Shown piece by piece: positions 20,160 through 30,720 of a stretch of 64,000 nt of DNA (position 1 is its first letter; each line of letters begins with the position of its first letter). Source of the stretch: Staphylococcus phage S6. The notes under the pieces were generated by a model. It did not search any database, was not told the DNA's origin, and was given only the letters and a program-made list of their open reading frames with translations. The stretch is taken from the sequence record LC680885.1; one strand, written 5' to 3'. The position numbers were made by a program, and so were the translations under genes.

Positions 20160-20378
20160 ATGACATTAAAAGAAAAATTTGAAAGTAAATATAGAAATTT
20201 AAATAAAGAACCAGAAATTTTAATTGTAGTAATTAAACTACCAAGCGGAGCTAAGGAAGTAATTTCCAATAGCTCTGACTTGGATAATAAAGTTCATTAT
20301 TACTTAGAAAATTATGATGATCAATTTAGACATGTTAGAGATAGCAATGTACAGATAATTGATTTCGTATTAGTTTAA
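20160..20378 (+). CDS. small hypothetical protein between nrdE and nrdF (about 72 aa from ATG 20160)
   Basis: GGAGG RBS 8 nt upstream of the ATG at 20160. The listed ORF opens at 20145, directly after the nrdE stop. Confidence 0.4.
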   Translation: MTLKEKFESKYRNLNKEPEILIVVIKLPSGAKEVISNSSDLDNKVHYYLENYDDQFRHVRDSNVQIIDFVLV

Positions 20379-20403
20379 AAATAAAGAAAAAGGATGAAGT
20401 TAA

Positions 20404-21474
20404 ATGGATAGAGGAGATTTCTTAACAAGTTATACAAAAGATAAAGGTTATTATACACCTGTAAATTGGAATAGAGTAGATGATTATGTAGATATTATGA
20501 CATATGACACTTTAGTATCTCAATTTTGGACATCAACACGTATTCCAGTATCTAATGATATTAAAGCTTGGTCTAATACTGATGATTTAACTAAAGGAGT
20601 AGTTAATAAAGTATTTGCTGAATTAACTATTTTAGATACACTTCAATCTCGTGAAGGTTCTGATGCTTTAATGCATAGTGCATTAACTACATTAGAAGAA
20701 GATGTATTAAGAAATATCGGTTTTATGGAATCAATTCATGCTCGTAGTTATAGTACTATTTTTACTACATTATGTACTTCAAAAGAAGTAGATGAAAACT
20801 TTGAATGGGCAGAAAATAATAAATATGTACAAAAGAAAATTAAATTAATAAATGAAGCTTATCAATCTGGAGATATTCTTAAAATTCAAGCAGCTTCAGT
20901 ATTCTTAGAATCATTCTTATTCTATTCAGGTTTCTATACTCCTTTAAGATTAAAAGATAGTCTTAAATCAGTTCTTGAAATCATAAAATTAATCTTAAGA
21001 GATGAGTCTGTTCATGGTTCATATATTGGATATAAATTCAGTAAGAGATTTGAAAAATTAAGTGAAGAAGAAAAAAATGAAACTAAAATGTGGGTAAATA
21101 ACTTACTATTTGAACTTTATCAAGTTGAATGTGAATTCATTGAAGAAGTTTATACTGAAATTGGTTGGGCAGAAGATGTTAAATTATTCGCTCAATATAA
21201 TGCTAATAAAGCTCTATTAAATCTTAAATTAGATCCTATTTTCGAAACTACTGAAGAAGATGTAAACCCTATCGTAATGGCAGGATTAAAAACTTCTACA
21301 GGAAATCATGACTTTTTCTCTCAAGAAGGTAATGGTTATTTATTAGGTAAAGCTGAAAATACTAAAGAAGAAGATTATGATTCAATCGATATTAATGAAC
21401 TTAATAAGAATATCATTGATTCGTATAAAGATAAAGCAGATGATAGATTTAGTCATAGTTACTATATAGATTAA
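20404..21474 (+). CDS. nrdF: class Ib ribonucleotide reductase beta subunit
   Basis: 356 aa. ESIHARSYS (E-x-x-H) metal-site motif and a second E..H region (DESVHGSY). Position in the cluster supports the call. Confidence 0.9.
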   Translation: MDRGDFLTSYTKDKGYYTPVNWNRVDDYVDIMTYDTLVSQFWTSTRIPVSNDIKAWSNTDDLTKGVVNKVFAELTILDTLQSREGSDALMHSALTTLEEDVLRNIGFMESIHARSYSTIFTTLCTSKEVDENFEWAENNKYVQKKIKLINEAYQSGDILKIQAASVFLESFLFYSGFYTPLRLKDSLKSVLEIIKLILRDESVHGSYIGYKFSKRFEKLSEEEKNETKMWVNNLLFELYQVECEFIEEVYTEIGWAEDVKLFAQYNANKALLNLKLDPIFETTEEDVNPIVMAGLKTSTGNHDFFSQEGNGYLLGKAENTKEEDYDSIDINELNKNIIDSYKDKADDRFSHSYYID

Positions 21475-21562
21475 TAAAAATTTTATTAAATGATTAACAA
21501 ATATAGTATAATAAAAATAAAAAAGGTAATTTGTTTTTATTATGATTAATTTGCATACATTT

Positions 21563-21600
21563 CCCCTAACATTCTTAATTGATTGTTAGGGGATTTTTTA
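21563..21600 (+). terminator. intrinsic terminator after nrdF
   Basis: CCCCTAACA...TGTTAGGGG stem followed by ATTTTTT. Confidence 0.6.
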
Positions 21601-21664
21601 CGCCAAATTTTGATCTGTAACAAAGATATATTAATTCAATTAATGGGAAAGGAGATAAAATGGA

Positions 21665-22411
21665 TTGAAACTTAAAGAACTTAAAAGAGATGGAAATTCT
21701 ATTATATTCACTGGTGAAATATTAGACATTTACATTCCAAGAGAACAATTCAAAAAAGGTTTATCAGAACATCGTGGTGAGTATATTAACACGTATGGAA
21801 TGTTTCAATTTGAAATAAAAACTGAGAAGCAAGCTGAAGAAGGTAAACAAGGTGTTTTAAGAAAAATGAAATATCCTAACCCTATCGATTTTAACTATGT
21901 AGAGAATTTTAAGTTTGATGGAAAACTGTCAGATAACATGGATTCAATACAGTATGAAGTCTTTAGACTAAGAACCGGATGTCAATTTGTAGCTAATGTT
22001 AATATAGAACAATCAGCTGAAACTGTTAAGAATTTCTTATTCTTATTCCATGCAGGTAAATTACCTACTTTTATAGATTATAATGATATTATTAAACTTC
22101 ATTATGATGTATTGGATAGTAATAAAGTAAACCTTAAATCTAATTCATTAACTTATGAATTGATTATTGCTGAATTATGTAGATATAAAGAAAATGTAGA
22201 AACGCCTTATAGAATAGCTTTAAATAAAAAACAAAATGTTGGTCCTTTAGATTATATTAATTACAATCTTAAAAAATTACCTAACCTTAATTCTACATTT
22301 GCTTCATTCACATTTGAAGGTATGGATGATACTATTGTGACATCTATAGGTAGAACTGCTAAAGGTGGAACAGAAAAACGTTCACCATTAGAAGACGTAA
22401 TGAAATATTAA
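21665..22411 (+). CDS. hypothetical protein (248 aa), possibly tail-associated
   Basis: ORF with a GGAAAGGAG RBS. It lies upstream of the sheath gene. Confidence 0.45.
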   Translation: MKLKELKRDGNSIIFTGEILDIYIPREQFKKGLSEHRGEYINTYGMFQFEIKTEKQAEEGKQGVLRKMKYPNPIDFNYVENFKFDGKLSDNMDSIQYEVFRLRTGCQFVANVNIEQSAETVKNFLFLFHAGKLPTFIDYNDIIKLHYDVLDSNKVNLKSNSLTYELIIAELCRYKENVETPYRIALNKKQNVGPLDYINYNLKKLPNLNSTFASFTFEGMDDTIVTSIGRTAKGGTEKRSPLEDVMKY

Positions 22412-22434
22412 TATGAAAGGATGAATCTAATAAA

Positions 22435-22629
22435 ATGTTCTGGAAAGTATCAAAGAATCTCTTAAAGTTATCTAGAAGTATTTTAACATTCATTGAACTT
22501 AATTCAAATAAAAAGAAATATCCACCTTATTTAGCTTTTTTAGTATTCCAGAATAGTATAACAATAGATCAAGTTCCTAATGAATTTAAAGAAGAAGTTC
22601 AATATTTATTGGATGAAAGTTTTAAATAA
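22435..22629 (+). CDS. small hypothetical protein (64 aa)
   Basis: Short ORF preceded by a GAAAGGATGAATC purine-rich stretch. Support is weak. Confidence 0.3.
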   Translation: MFWKVSKNLLKLSRSILTFIELNSNKKKYPPYLAFLVFQNSITIDQVPNEFKEEVQYLLDESFK

Positions 22630-22693
22630 ATTATGATTGGTATCGTTGTATATACTTTTCTAAATTAAACATACTATTATAAAATTTAATTAT

Positions 22694-22703
22694 AATATAA
22701 AAT
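22694..22703 (+). promoter_or_regulatory. candidate late-promoter-like TATAAAAT box upstream of the sheath gene
   Basis: TAATATAAAAT about 55 nt upstream of the ATG. Compare the boxes before the MCP and tube genes. Confidence 0.25.
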
Positions 22704-22757
22704 CTATTGAAATTAATCACATAGATGTAAATATTCGAAAGGAAGGTTACAAAACAT

Positions 22758-25700
22758 ATGGCAGACTTTATGTATCTCCATCCTTCTGTACAAACACAAA
22801 TCAACTCTTATCAAAATAATTACCCTACAGCTGAAGGTCCTGTAACATTATTTGCTGCAGACACTTTTGAAAAAGGTAAAGATGGAGTTATTGATTTTGT
22901 AGGTACTGAAGAAGAATTTATTTTTAAATATGGTGAACCAAACTATACGAAATACGGTCAAGCTGCTTATAACCTCGTGAACTGGTTACGTTCTGGTGGT
23001 CAAGCTTATGTATTACGTGTATTACCTAAAAATGCAACTTACTCTCATGCTATATTAAACGTACAAAGTAGAGTACAAAAAGATGGTAAAAAAGTTTTAA
23101 CGGATGCAAATGAATTAGTTAAAATTGATGATGTTAAAATTCGTCCAACAATTGCATTTGTTAAGAAAAATAATAGAAATATTGAAGAATTAGTTAACGA
23201 AATCACTTTAGATCGTGGTAATGAACAAACAGTAGACGGTTATAATAATAACTTCTTACTTTTAGCTTATCCAAATGGTCGTGGTGAATCTTATAATGAT
23301 TTAGGTATTCGTTTAACTTTAAATACTTCATATGACACTAGTGGTCGTACTGAACGTGTTTATAACTTAGAAGTACTTGAATTTGATGAATTTAGTAATG
23401 TTAATGTAATTGATGGTCCATTCTTAGTTACATTTGACCCAGATTCAATTTCAGATACTGGTGAATCAATGTTCATCGAAGAGGTTGTTAATCGTTATTC
23501 TAAATACGTTAACATCAAATTTAATCTAGAAAACTTCCAAAATCTAGCTAAAGAAATTAATCCTAATGTACATCCTGCAAGCATTGATGTTATTTCTGGT
23601 AAATCTAAAGTTAGTATTGATGGAACTCCTGAGACTTTTTACTCAGAAAAAACTAAACAATCTGAAGACATCCATATCACTTTACACCGTTACAATAATA
23701 AAGGTGTGCCAGTAACTATTAGTGGTAACCCTGTATTGAATAAACCTGATTTTAACGATCCAGTTGAAAATGCATTAATTTCATTAGACAATGGTATGCG
23801 TGAAAAAACTTTCGTTACAGATTCAGATCGTCTTTCTTACATGAGAGATCAATACAAAACTTTACGTTCTGATAGCTTTACTGAATTTAAATCATTATTA
23901 AATAAAATTATTGTACCGGCTAATGGTTTATTTGAAGATGATGCGGGTAGTTTACCTAAGACGATTAAAGACAATTTAGTTTCTGCAAAATTAACTCAAG
24001 AAGATGTAACTGCAGATATCAATGATGAAGAAGCAGTTGAAGAAGAATTAGCTGGAAAATTCAAACCTTCTGAAATTAATTTCGGTGGTAAACCTGCTGG
24101 AGCAGCTGAACGTTTAGTTCAAGATTATAACACTTATTTTGAAGATTCAAATGAAGAAAATCTTTCTGCAGTACTTTCAGGTACAGAAGAAATTGGTTCT
24201 TTATTATTAAACGAATTCTTAGATAACGGTAATAAACTTAACGCTGCTTACGAATTAGTTTATAAATCTAATTCAGGTATTTCTTCAAATCCTAAATATC
24301 AAGCTGATGTTAAAGAATTACGTGATGTATTGGCTCAAAAAGACCAAATCCGTATCTTTGGTATTCAACATAAATCTAATATCTTAGATATTACAAATGA
24401 TATTGCTGAATTACGTATTGGTATGAAATCAGTTACTAACTTAGAAGGTATGTCTAAAGTATTAAATGATACTGAAACAGAATTACGCTATGTAATTGAC
24501 AACTTAATGCCTGCTGTTCGTGAAGGACTTCCTAAAGAAGCAGTTGACTTTATTAACACTGTTCCTGATGGTGATGATGAAGATACAGAACGTGATTTAG
24601 TTTCTCCAGAAGCTATGTTAAACTCATTAGCTGACAAACAAATGTTAGTTGACGATATTAACTTAGGATTAATGGAAGACAATGCCGCTAACCGTGAAGA
24701 AGTATTCGTAGCTTGTAATGAAATCGCTAACCAATTAGTTGATTTAATTAACAGAGCTGTTTCAGTAGCTTCTGTATATAAAGTTGCTCGTGCGGTACGT
24801 ATTGCAGCTAATACAATCTATTATGATATTTCTATCTTCCGTAAAAATATTGATGAAATGATTCAAACTCGTTCTAACTATACAGAAAGAGATATTACAT
24901 TGAATGCTCATCAAAATATTGAATTAGCTGTTGCTAACTTGAATAAAGCTAACTCTAAATACTTCAATACAAATCTTATTGATGTATCTAGTCCAGTTAA
25001 ATTCTTATTCGGTTCTGACGGTGACTTCTCATATGCTGAAGATATTTCATATAAAGAACGTAAAAACTCTGTTAATCGTGAATTAATTAAAGCTTATAAA
25101 GGTTTAATTGATGAAGAAATTACTAACACTAAAGCTTATCCGTTTGATGTTGTTCTTGATGCTCGTTATTCTAACGAAGTTAAGTTCGCTATCTCTGAGT
25201 TAGCTAAAAATGTTCGTAAAGACTTTGTATTCTTAGCTGATACTGTTACTGATCGTTACCCAGTTAGTCCTGAAGATGCAATTAGATGGAGAAAAGAAGA
25301 ATTTGCTGTTTCTTCTGAGTATACAGCTATTTACTCTCAAGATTTAACTTACTATGATGAGTACACTGGTAGAGACATTCGTTTCACACCAACTTATCGT
25401 TTAGCTTCAATGATTCCTTATCAAGCTGTTAACTCTGGTTTACACTTCCCAATTGCAGGACCTAGACGTGGACTAGTTGAAGGACATAAAGCTTTATCTT
25501 GGGCTCCTAATGAACCTTATAAAGAAAAACTTTATACTTCTAAAATTAACTACATTGAAAAAGATATTGATAGAACTAAATTTGGTGCACAAATGACTTC
25601 TATTAAATCTGATGGTCCATTATCTAACTTGAACAACATCTTTACATTAAATCAAATTAAACGTGATGCAGAAACTCTTGTTTCTGATTACCAATTTGAA

Positions 25701-25910
25701 TTAAATGATGATGAAACTCGTTCAATTATGGGTACAGAGTTGAATGCTTATCTTACTCGTTATGTATCTAACCGTAGCTGTGAAACTATTCAAGCTGAAG
25801 TTAGTGCAGATGAATATGATAAATCTCAACGTATTGTACGTGTTAAAATTTCTGTTAAATTCAACAATGTTATTGAACGTATCTTCATTGACATTAATGT
25901 TGAAAAATAA
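22758..25910 (+). CDS. tail sheath protein (1050 aa)
   Basis: AAAGGAAGG RBS. It is large, with preferred codon usage. A C-terminal IAGPRRGLV block resembles the conserved sheath C-domain (AG..RG). A tube-sized ORF and terminator follow. Confidence 0.65.
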   Translation: MADFMYLHPSVQTQINSYQNNYPTAEGPVTLFAADTFEKGKDGVIDFVGTEEEFIFKYGEPNYTKYGQAAYNLVNWLRSGGQAYVLRVLPKNATYSHAILNVQSRVQKDGKKVLTDANELVKIDDVKIRPTIAFVKKNNRNIEELVNEITLDRGNEQTVDGYNNNFLLLAYPNGRGESYNDLGIRLTLNTSYDTSGRTERVYNLEVLEFDEFSNVNVIDGPFLVTFDPDSISDTGESMFIEEVVNRYSKYVNIKFNLENFQNLAKEINPNVHPASIDVISGKSKVSIDGTPETFYSEKTKQSEDIHITLHRYNNKGVPVTISGNPVLNKPDFNDPVENALISLDNGMREKTFVTDSDRLSYMRDQYKTLRSDSFTEFKSLLNKIIVPANGLFEDDAGSLPKTIKDNLVSAKLTQEDVTADINDEEAVEEELAGKFKPSEINFGGKPAGAAERLVQDYNTYFEDSNEENLSAVLSGTEEIGSLLLNEFLDNGNKLNAAYELVYKSNSGISSNPKYQADVKELRDVLAQKDQIRIFGIQHKSNILDITNDIAELRIGMKSVTNLEGMSKVLNDTETELRYVIDNLMPAVREGLPKEAVDFINTVPDGDDEDTERDLVSPEAMLNSLADKQMLVDDINLGLMEDNAANREEVFVACNEIANQLVDLINRAVSVASVYKVARAVRIAANTIYYDISIFRKNIDEMIQTRSNYTERDITLNAHQNIELAVANLNKANSKYFNTNLIDVSSPVKFLFGSDGDFSYAEDISYKERKNSVNRELIKAYKGLIDEEITNTKAYPFDVVLDARYSNEVKFAISELAKNVRKDFVFLADTVTDRYPVSPEDAIRWRKEEFAVSSEYTAIYSQDLTYYDEYTGRDIRFTPTYRLASMIPYQAVNSGLHFPIAGPRRGLVEGHKALSWAPNEPYKEKLYTSKINYIEKDIDRTKFGAQMTSIKSDGPLSNLNNIFTLNQIKRDAETLVSDYQFELNDDETRSIMGTELNAYLTRYVSNRSCETIQAEVSADEYDKSQRIVRVKISVKFNNVIERIFIDINVEK

Positions 25911-25919
25911 TTAAACTTA

Positions 25920-25960
25920 TAGGATACGGCTTAATATACAGTCGTATCCTATTTTATTAT
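25920..25960 (+). terminator. intrinsic terminator after the sheath gene
   Basis: GGATACGGC...GTCGTATCC stem followed by TATTTTATT. Confidence 0.5.
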
Positions 25961-26001
25961 ATAAATAAAGATCTTATATTAAATTATACGTATGAAGATG
26001 G

Positions 26002-26010
26002 TATATAAAC
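26002..26010 (+). promoter_or_regulatory. candidate late-promoter-like TATATAAAC box upstream of the tube gene
   Basis: GTATATAAAC about 54 nt upstream of the ATG. Confidence 0.25.
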
Positions 26011-26063
26011 TTCTATAATATACATTTATGTAAATAAGATTAATGAAAAGGAGAAAATAATAT

Positions 26064-26870
26064 ATGATTTTACCAAGTAAAAATCAGCGTGTGTTTGATA
26101 ATAACATCGCTAAGAACAAGTGGTTCTATAATGGGCATATGAATCTTCAAACTCTTGAGTTTGATCCATTCGTAACTGGTTATTCATTCATAGTATGGAC
26201 TAAGATTCCTTCTTGGGTTGAAAAACAATTCCCTGGTTTTAAAGCTATGACTCAAAAGAACTTTAAATCATTCCAAGGTTTAGAAAACATTGAAATGACT
26301 ACAAACGATTATATGCATACGTTTAACGGTAATAACTATCGTACAGCTGCTAGTATTACAAAAGGAAACACTGGTTTCCAAATGACTCACCAAGAATTCT
26401 CTGGTAGTCCAATTAAAAATATGTATCAATACTGGGTATCTGGTATCCGTGATCCTCGTACTGGTATTGCAACTTATCCTAAAATTCATAATTTAGAATA
26501 TGCTGCTAAAAACCATACAGGTGAATTATTATATATTCAAACTCGTCCGGATGCTAATAATACATCTAAAAATAATATTGAATTCGCTGCTTATTACACT
26601 GCAGTAATGCCTACTCGTATTTCTCTTGATCACCATAACTACACTATGGAAACTCATGAAGAAGCACAAATTGAGCAAGACTTTGCAGGTAATATGGAAA
26701 TTTCAGCACGTGTAAATGACTTTGCTAAGTCTAAACTTAATGAAATTTACAGCTTCACTGAACAAGGTATGTTTGATCCATCTGCACCTAAAACTGCTGG
26801 AGATAACTTATCTGATTTCGACTATAATAAAGGTGGAATCACTGGTTCAGGTAACGGAGATCTTAAATAA
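26064..26870 (+). CDS. putative tail tube protein (268 aa)
   Basis: It follows the sheath directly, has an AAAGGAG RBS, and ends at a strong bidirectional terminator. Confidence 0.5.
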   Translation: MILPSKNQRVFDNNIAKNKWFYNGHMNLQTLEFDPFVTGYSFIVWTKIPSWVEKQFPGFKAMTQKNFKSFQGLENIEMTTNDYMHTFNGNNYRTAASITKGNTGFQMTHQEFSGSPIKNMYQYWVSGIRDPRTGIATYPKIHNLEYAAKNHTGELLYIQTRPDANNTSKNNIEFAAYYTAVMPTRISLDHHNYTMETHEEAQIEQDFAGNMEISARVNDFAKSKLNEIYSFTEQGMFDPSAPKTAGDNLSDFDYNKGGITGSGNGDLK

Positions 26871-26889
26871 TAGATTTTCTCAAATAAAA

Positions 26890-26930
26890 TCCCCTAATAC
26901 TAAATTAATAGTATTAGGGGAATATTTTTG
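26890..26930. terminator. bidirectional terminator between tube gene and convergent minus-strand tail gene
   Basis: CCCCTAATACTA...TAGTATTAGGGG stem with T/A runs on both sides. Confidence 0.65.
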
Positions 26931-26932
26931 AA

Positions 26933-29098
26933 TTATTTATTAATTCTACTGTATATATGACAAAATGTTATGTCGTCTAAATTTACTGTTTCATTTAATA
27001 ATCTGTCTTTCCAGTTTTCTCCAAGATCATATATCATTTCTGATAATACTTTCTCTGTATAATTTTGTAGAGGGACTAGTTTAGCATCATATTTACTGAA
27101 TTTTCGTATATAGTTTTCATAACTTAAATCGTCAGATACATATTTAATGGATTCAAATATATAAGGTTTAAATATCATATATCTATCAAAATCCATATCA
27201 TCATGAATCATTAATAATTTAGGTAAATAATAAGATTCAATAGGAACTTTAATTTCTAATCCTTGAATATTATTTTTATAATGAACTTCATATTTTAATT
27301 TTCTATCTTTCCAATCAAAATTATTAAGAGCATAATGTATAGGTTCTTCTTTAAGGTAATAATCAATTCCATCATTACTATATGATTGAACACTATCAAA
27401 CGATCTAGGATCGTTATCTGAATCAATATTATTTAACTCATTATCTTCATTAGTCATTACATAATCTTCATATATAAAATAATAATTTTTAATATTAGGA
27501 TACACTAAAGCTTTTTTATTGACATTTGAATGTTTTTTGACTGTATTTGAATTTATAATAAGAGAATCAAATAAGAAATTATTTTTGTCAGGTGTAGTTA
27601 TTTGTATATCATTTTCTTTTCTAAGATAAATTTCATTGATATATTCATCTATATTCATTTCTGGAAATCTCTTATATAAACCTAATGTACATAAATTGTT
27701 ATGATCTTCATGAACTTTAGCAATATAATTTTTACCATTAATATTTACTACCGCTTCTTCTTGTTTAGAATTCTTTATTTGATCATTATTAAATTTTCTT
27801 CTAAATAATATTTTGAAATCATACATTCCAGATTCAGATAAATTTAAAGTATTCTTAACAGTTCCTGTAGTTAAAGAAAATTTATCAGATAAACTACTAA
27901 CTTCTTCTATATTTGTAGTTTTATTATCTATTTTAAAAGTTTCTAAAGTTTTACCGGTTCCTTGATTATAAGAATCATTATCTATATAGAAATCTTTAAT
28001 AGGTACTATAGTTCTAGTTCCTACTTTAAAGTGATTTTCTTGTTTTGAATAGAAAGGATTTTTAGCTTCAGGAACTTCAACTTCTTCTAATAATATAACG
28101 TTTATATCATTTTCTTTAGTAGAGAAGTTTTTATCATATTCAAATTTAAATGTATGAGTTCCTTCTTCTAAATATAAAGGCGGTTCTTCAAAATATTCAT
28201 CTTTAGCATCATCATATTTTTCTAATATAGATCTAAACCATAATAAACTTTTATTCGTAGGAGTTCTAAAATAACTTCCCACATTATCTATAAATACTTT
28301 ATTCACTGTACCATTATTATAATGATTTCCAGCTTTAAATCTTACTTCATAATGGGATGATTTAGGAATATTAATTTTCATTTCTAATATTCCATCTTCT
28401 ATAGTCACATATCCTTTTCCTAAGAACCTATCATAACCTGAATCTCTCTTATAAGCTCCATCAAATTCACTTTCTCTAGTTCTATAAACATCACCTAGAT
28501 ATGCATCATAGAATATTCTTCCATCTTCTACTAATCCATTATATATAATGCCATCTATTAATTCAGATTCTTTTAATATTTTTTGATTAAACGCATAGTC
28601 TTTAGGATAATTATTATTATCTTTATAGACTGGTGGATAAGGTTCAATTTTCACCTCACTTTCTACCAGATTGTTAAAATTTAAATCTTCATACTCAATA
28701 TTACCTATATAATTGGTATCATATATTCTTTCCATTTTACCTAAGTAATTATAATATATTGTAAATAAATCATATTTTAATTCACCAATTAATTCATAAG
28801 GTCTTTCTTCATAAACTAAAACATCTTTAGTTAATTCATTTTGATTTAATATAGGATTTTCAATTCCATATTCTTTTTTAATATATGAAGCTGATTCAAA
28901 TAAATTAACCTCACCATCTTCTTTAAAAGATAATTTTTTGTATTCATCAGAATCAAATTCTATTTTTAATAATAATTTTTCTTTCTTTTTAGTTTTAGTT
29001 GTAATCAATGGTCTATTTTCATTATCTTTAATTTTAGTAATAACGATTTCACCATTATTATTTTTATCAATTAACTCTTCTATTCTATAAAGCTTCAT
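26933..29098 (-). CDS. hypothetical tail/baseplate-region protein (721 aa)
   Basis: Long ORF at the distal end of the minus-strand tail operon. Confidence 0.45.
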   Translation of the reverse strand: MKLYRIEELIDKNNNGEIVITKIKDNENRPLITTKTKKKEKLLLKIEFDSDEYKKLSFKEDGEVNLFESASYIKKEYGIENPILNQNELTKDVLVYEERPYELIGELKYDLFTIYYNYLGKMERIYDTNYIGNIEYEDLNFNNLVESEVKIEPYPPVYKDNNNYPKDYAFNQKILKESELIDGIIYNGLVEDGRIFYDAYLGDVYRTRESEFDGAYKRDSGYDRFLGKGYVTIEDGILEMKINIPKSSHYEVRFKAGNHYNNGTVNKVFIDNVGSYFRTPTNKSLLWFRSILEKYDDAKDEYFEEPPLYLEEGTHTFKFEYDKNFSTKENDINVILLEEVEVPEAKNPFYSKQENHFKVGTRTIVPIKDFYIDNDSYNQGTGKTLETFKIDNKTTNIEEVSSLSDKFSLTTGTVKNTLNLSESGMYDFKILFRRKFNNDQIKNSKQEEAVVNINGKNYIAKVHEDHNNLCTLGLYKRFPEMNIDEYINEIYLRKENDIQITTPDKNNFLFDSLIINSNTVKKHSNVNKKALVYPNIKNYYFIYEDYVMTNEDNELNNIDSDNDPRSFDSVQSYSNDGIDYYLKEEPIHYALNNFDWKDRKLKYEVHYKNNIQGLEIKVPIESYYLPKLLMIHDDMDFDRYMIFKPYIFESIKYVSDDLSYENYIRKFSKYDAKLVPLQNYTEKVLSEMIYDLGENWKDRLLNETVNLDDITFCHIYSRINK

Positions 29099-29128
29099 TG
29101 TAATAACTCAACTCTCTTCTATAATATT

Positions 29129-30589
29129 TTATGATAATGCACTTCCAATAGCACTGTTAGGATGAGGGTTTGCTTGAGATTTATAACCGTAAATAGTATC
29201 ATCTATTTGTTGTTTAAATACTCTTCCTTTTAAAACTTGCATACTTCTTGAATACTGATTTTGCATATTAATTTGAGCTTTATCTATAATTGATAGTTGA
29301 TCTCTTCTAATACCTGCTAAACAATCAATATAAGAAATTAAACCTGTATTAAATTTCATACGTTGGAATGATTTTGATGCCATTAAGTTAGGGTACATAT
29401 CTCTTACATTTAGTGAAACTGTTATTTCTCTAGGGAAACCATCTGCTGTCCATGTACCTTCTTCTCCACGAACTATATTCATTGATGTTATAATACCTGT
29501 ATGACATTCAAATCTACCAGGACAGTTTGCTCTAACAATGAATGGTTGTTTATATGAGAAAATAGAATCTTGTAAAGGTAAAGCTAATACCAATAATGAC
29601 ATGAACGGTAAATATACATTTTCAAAAATAGATTGAGGATCTCCATACGCACTATAGAATTTAAATTCTAAGTTATAAGTACGGTCAAAAGTTGAGTTCA
29701 TCCATACATCAGGATAATACATTGATGCTCCATCTAAATTTTCCATAAAGTTACCAACTATACCACCTAATACTGGCATATTTGCAACCATATCATTAAT
29801 GCTATCTTTAATAGATCTTGTAATTTTACCTAAAATAGAAGCTCCTCCAATACGAGCCATTTCTTTTTCTTCACGTATTTCTTGGTTTTTATTATTAATC
29901 TGAGAAGCTATATCAGATTGATTATACTCATGCATTGCTGATTCAGATACACTAGTAGCTTTATCCGCATAATAAGCTAAACCATAGTTTTTGTCATCTA
30001 AAGATCCACCTAAATCAAATGATCCTTTTAATCCCATAGATGCATGTAATTGACTTCCCATGGTTTGTACGTATTTATAATATTCACTCATTTTAGGTTC
30101 AAAACTAACCATACGTCCATCTTTAGTATTACCTATACCAACTAATCCAGCTGTAGTATTTGCCAATCTATCTAAACCTTCTCCAAAACTCCATAATTTA
30201 CCTTCACCCGGTTTACCAAATAGTTTACCGTTCAATTTAGGCATACCTGGCATTATAAATACTAAAGGTAAGTCTAATTCAAATGTTCTTTTATATATTC
30301 TTCTATTAGGGTCATCTAAACTAGAGTAGTACATAGGCATTCCAAATACATCTAGTTCACCTTTAACATTTCTCAATTTAGTTTTATCGGAAGCACCATA
30401 TTCAGAAATATTACGAGTATTACCTGTAGCATCTTTAAATACACCTAAATCATTCTGACTTGGATCATATTCTTGGAAATCATAATCACCTTTAGTTTCA
30501 TCAGGTTTAGGTATTAAAGCAATATCGTCATCACTAATATCTAAAGGTTTCGTACTACCTTTTTCATTTTTATCTTTTTCTTCTGCCAA
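29129..30589 (-). CDS. hypothetical tail-region protein (486 aa)
   Basis: TTG start with an AAGGAAG RBS. It lies downstream of the tape-measure-like genes. Confidence 0.45.
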   Translation of the reverse strand: MAEEKDKNEKGSTKPLDISDDDIALIPKPDETKGDYDFQEYDPSQNDLGVFKDATGNTRNISEYGASDKTKLRNVKGELDVFGMPMYYSSLDDPNRRIYKRTFELDLPLVFIMPGMPKLNGKLFGKPGEGKLWSFGEGLDRLANTTAGLVGIGNTKDGRMVSFEPKMSEYYKYVQTMGSQLHASMGLKGSFDLGGSLDDKNYGLAYYADKATSVSESAMHEYNQSDIASQINNKNQEIREEKEMARIGGASILGKITRSIKDSINDMVANMPVLGGIVGNFMENLDGASMYYPDVWMNSTFDRTYNLEFKFYSAYGDPQSIFENVYLPFMSLLVLALPLQDSIFSYKQPFIVRANCPGRFECHTGIITSMNIVRGEEGTWTADGFPREITVSLNVRDMYPNLMASKSFQRMKFNTGLISYIDCLAGIRRDQLSIIDKAQINMQNQYSRSMQVLKGRVFKQQIDDTIYGYKSQANPHPNSAIGSALS

Positions 30590-30629
30590 TATTATTCACT
30601 TCCTTTAATTTCATTTATTTTGAAATAAT

Positions 30630-30669
30630 ATATGCGGATATGACATATAATAAACTGTCATATCCGCAT
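30630..30669 (-). terminator. 15-bp perfect hairpin (terminator or attenuator) between the giant tail gene and the downstream gene
   Basis: TATGCGGATATGACA-tataataaac-TGTCATATCCGCATA. Only a weak U-run follows on the minus strand. Confidence 0.4.
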
Positions 30670-30720
30670 AATCTTTACTATATAAAAGAGTTGTTCTTCT
30701 ATTTATTCAAATCATTAACT

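Noticed and set aside
24488-26931. ORFs 24488-24682 (-), 26280-26489 (-) and 26716-26931 (+) overlapping the sheath and tube genes
   Set aside because: They lie inside or overlap strongly supported structural genes in other frames, and have no independent signals.
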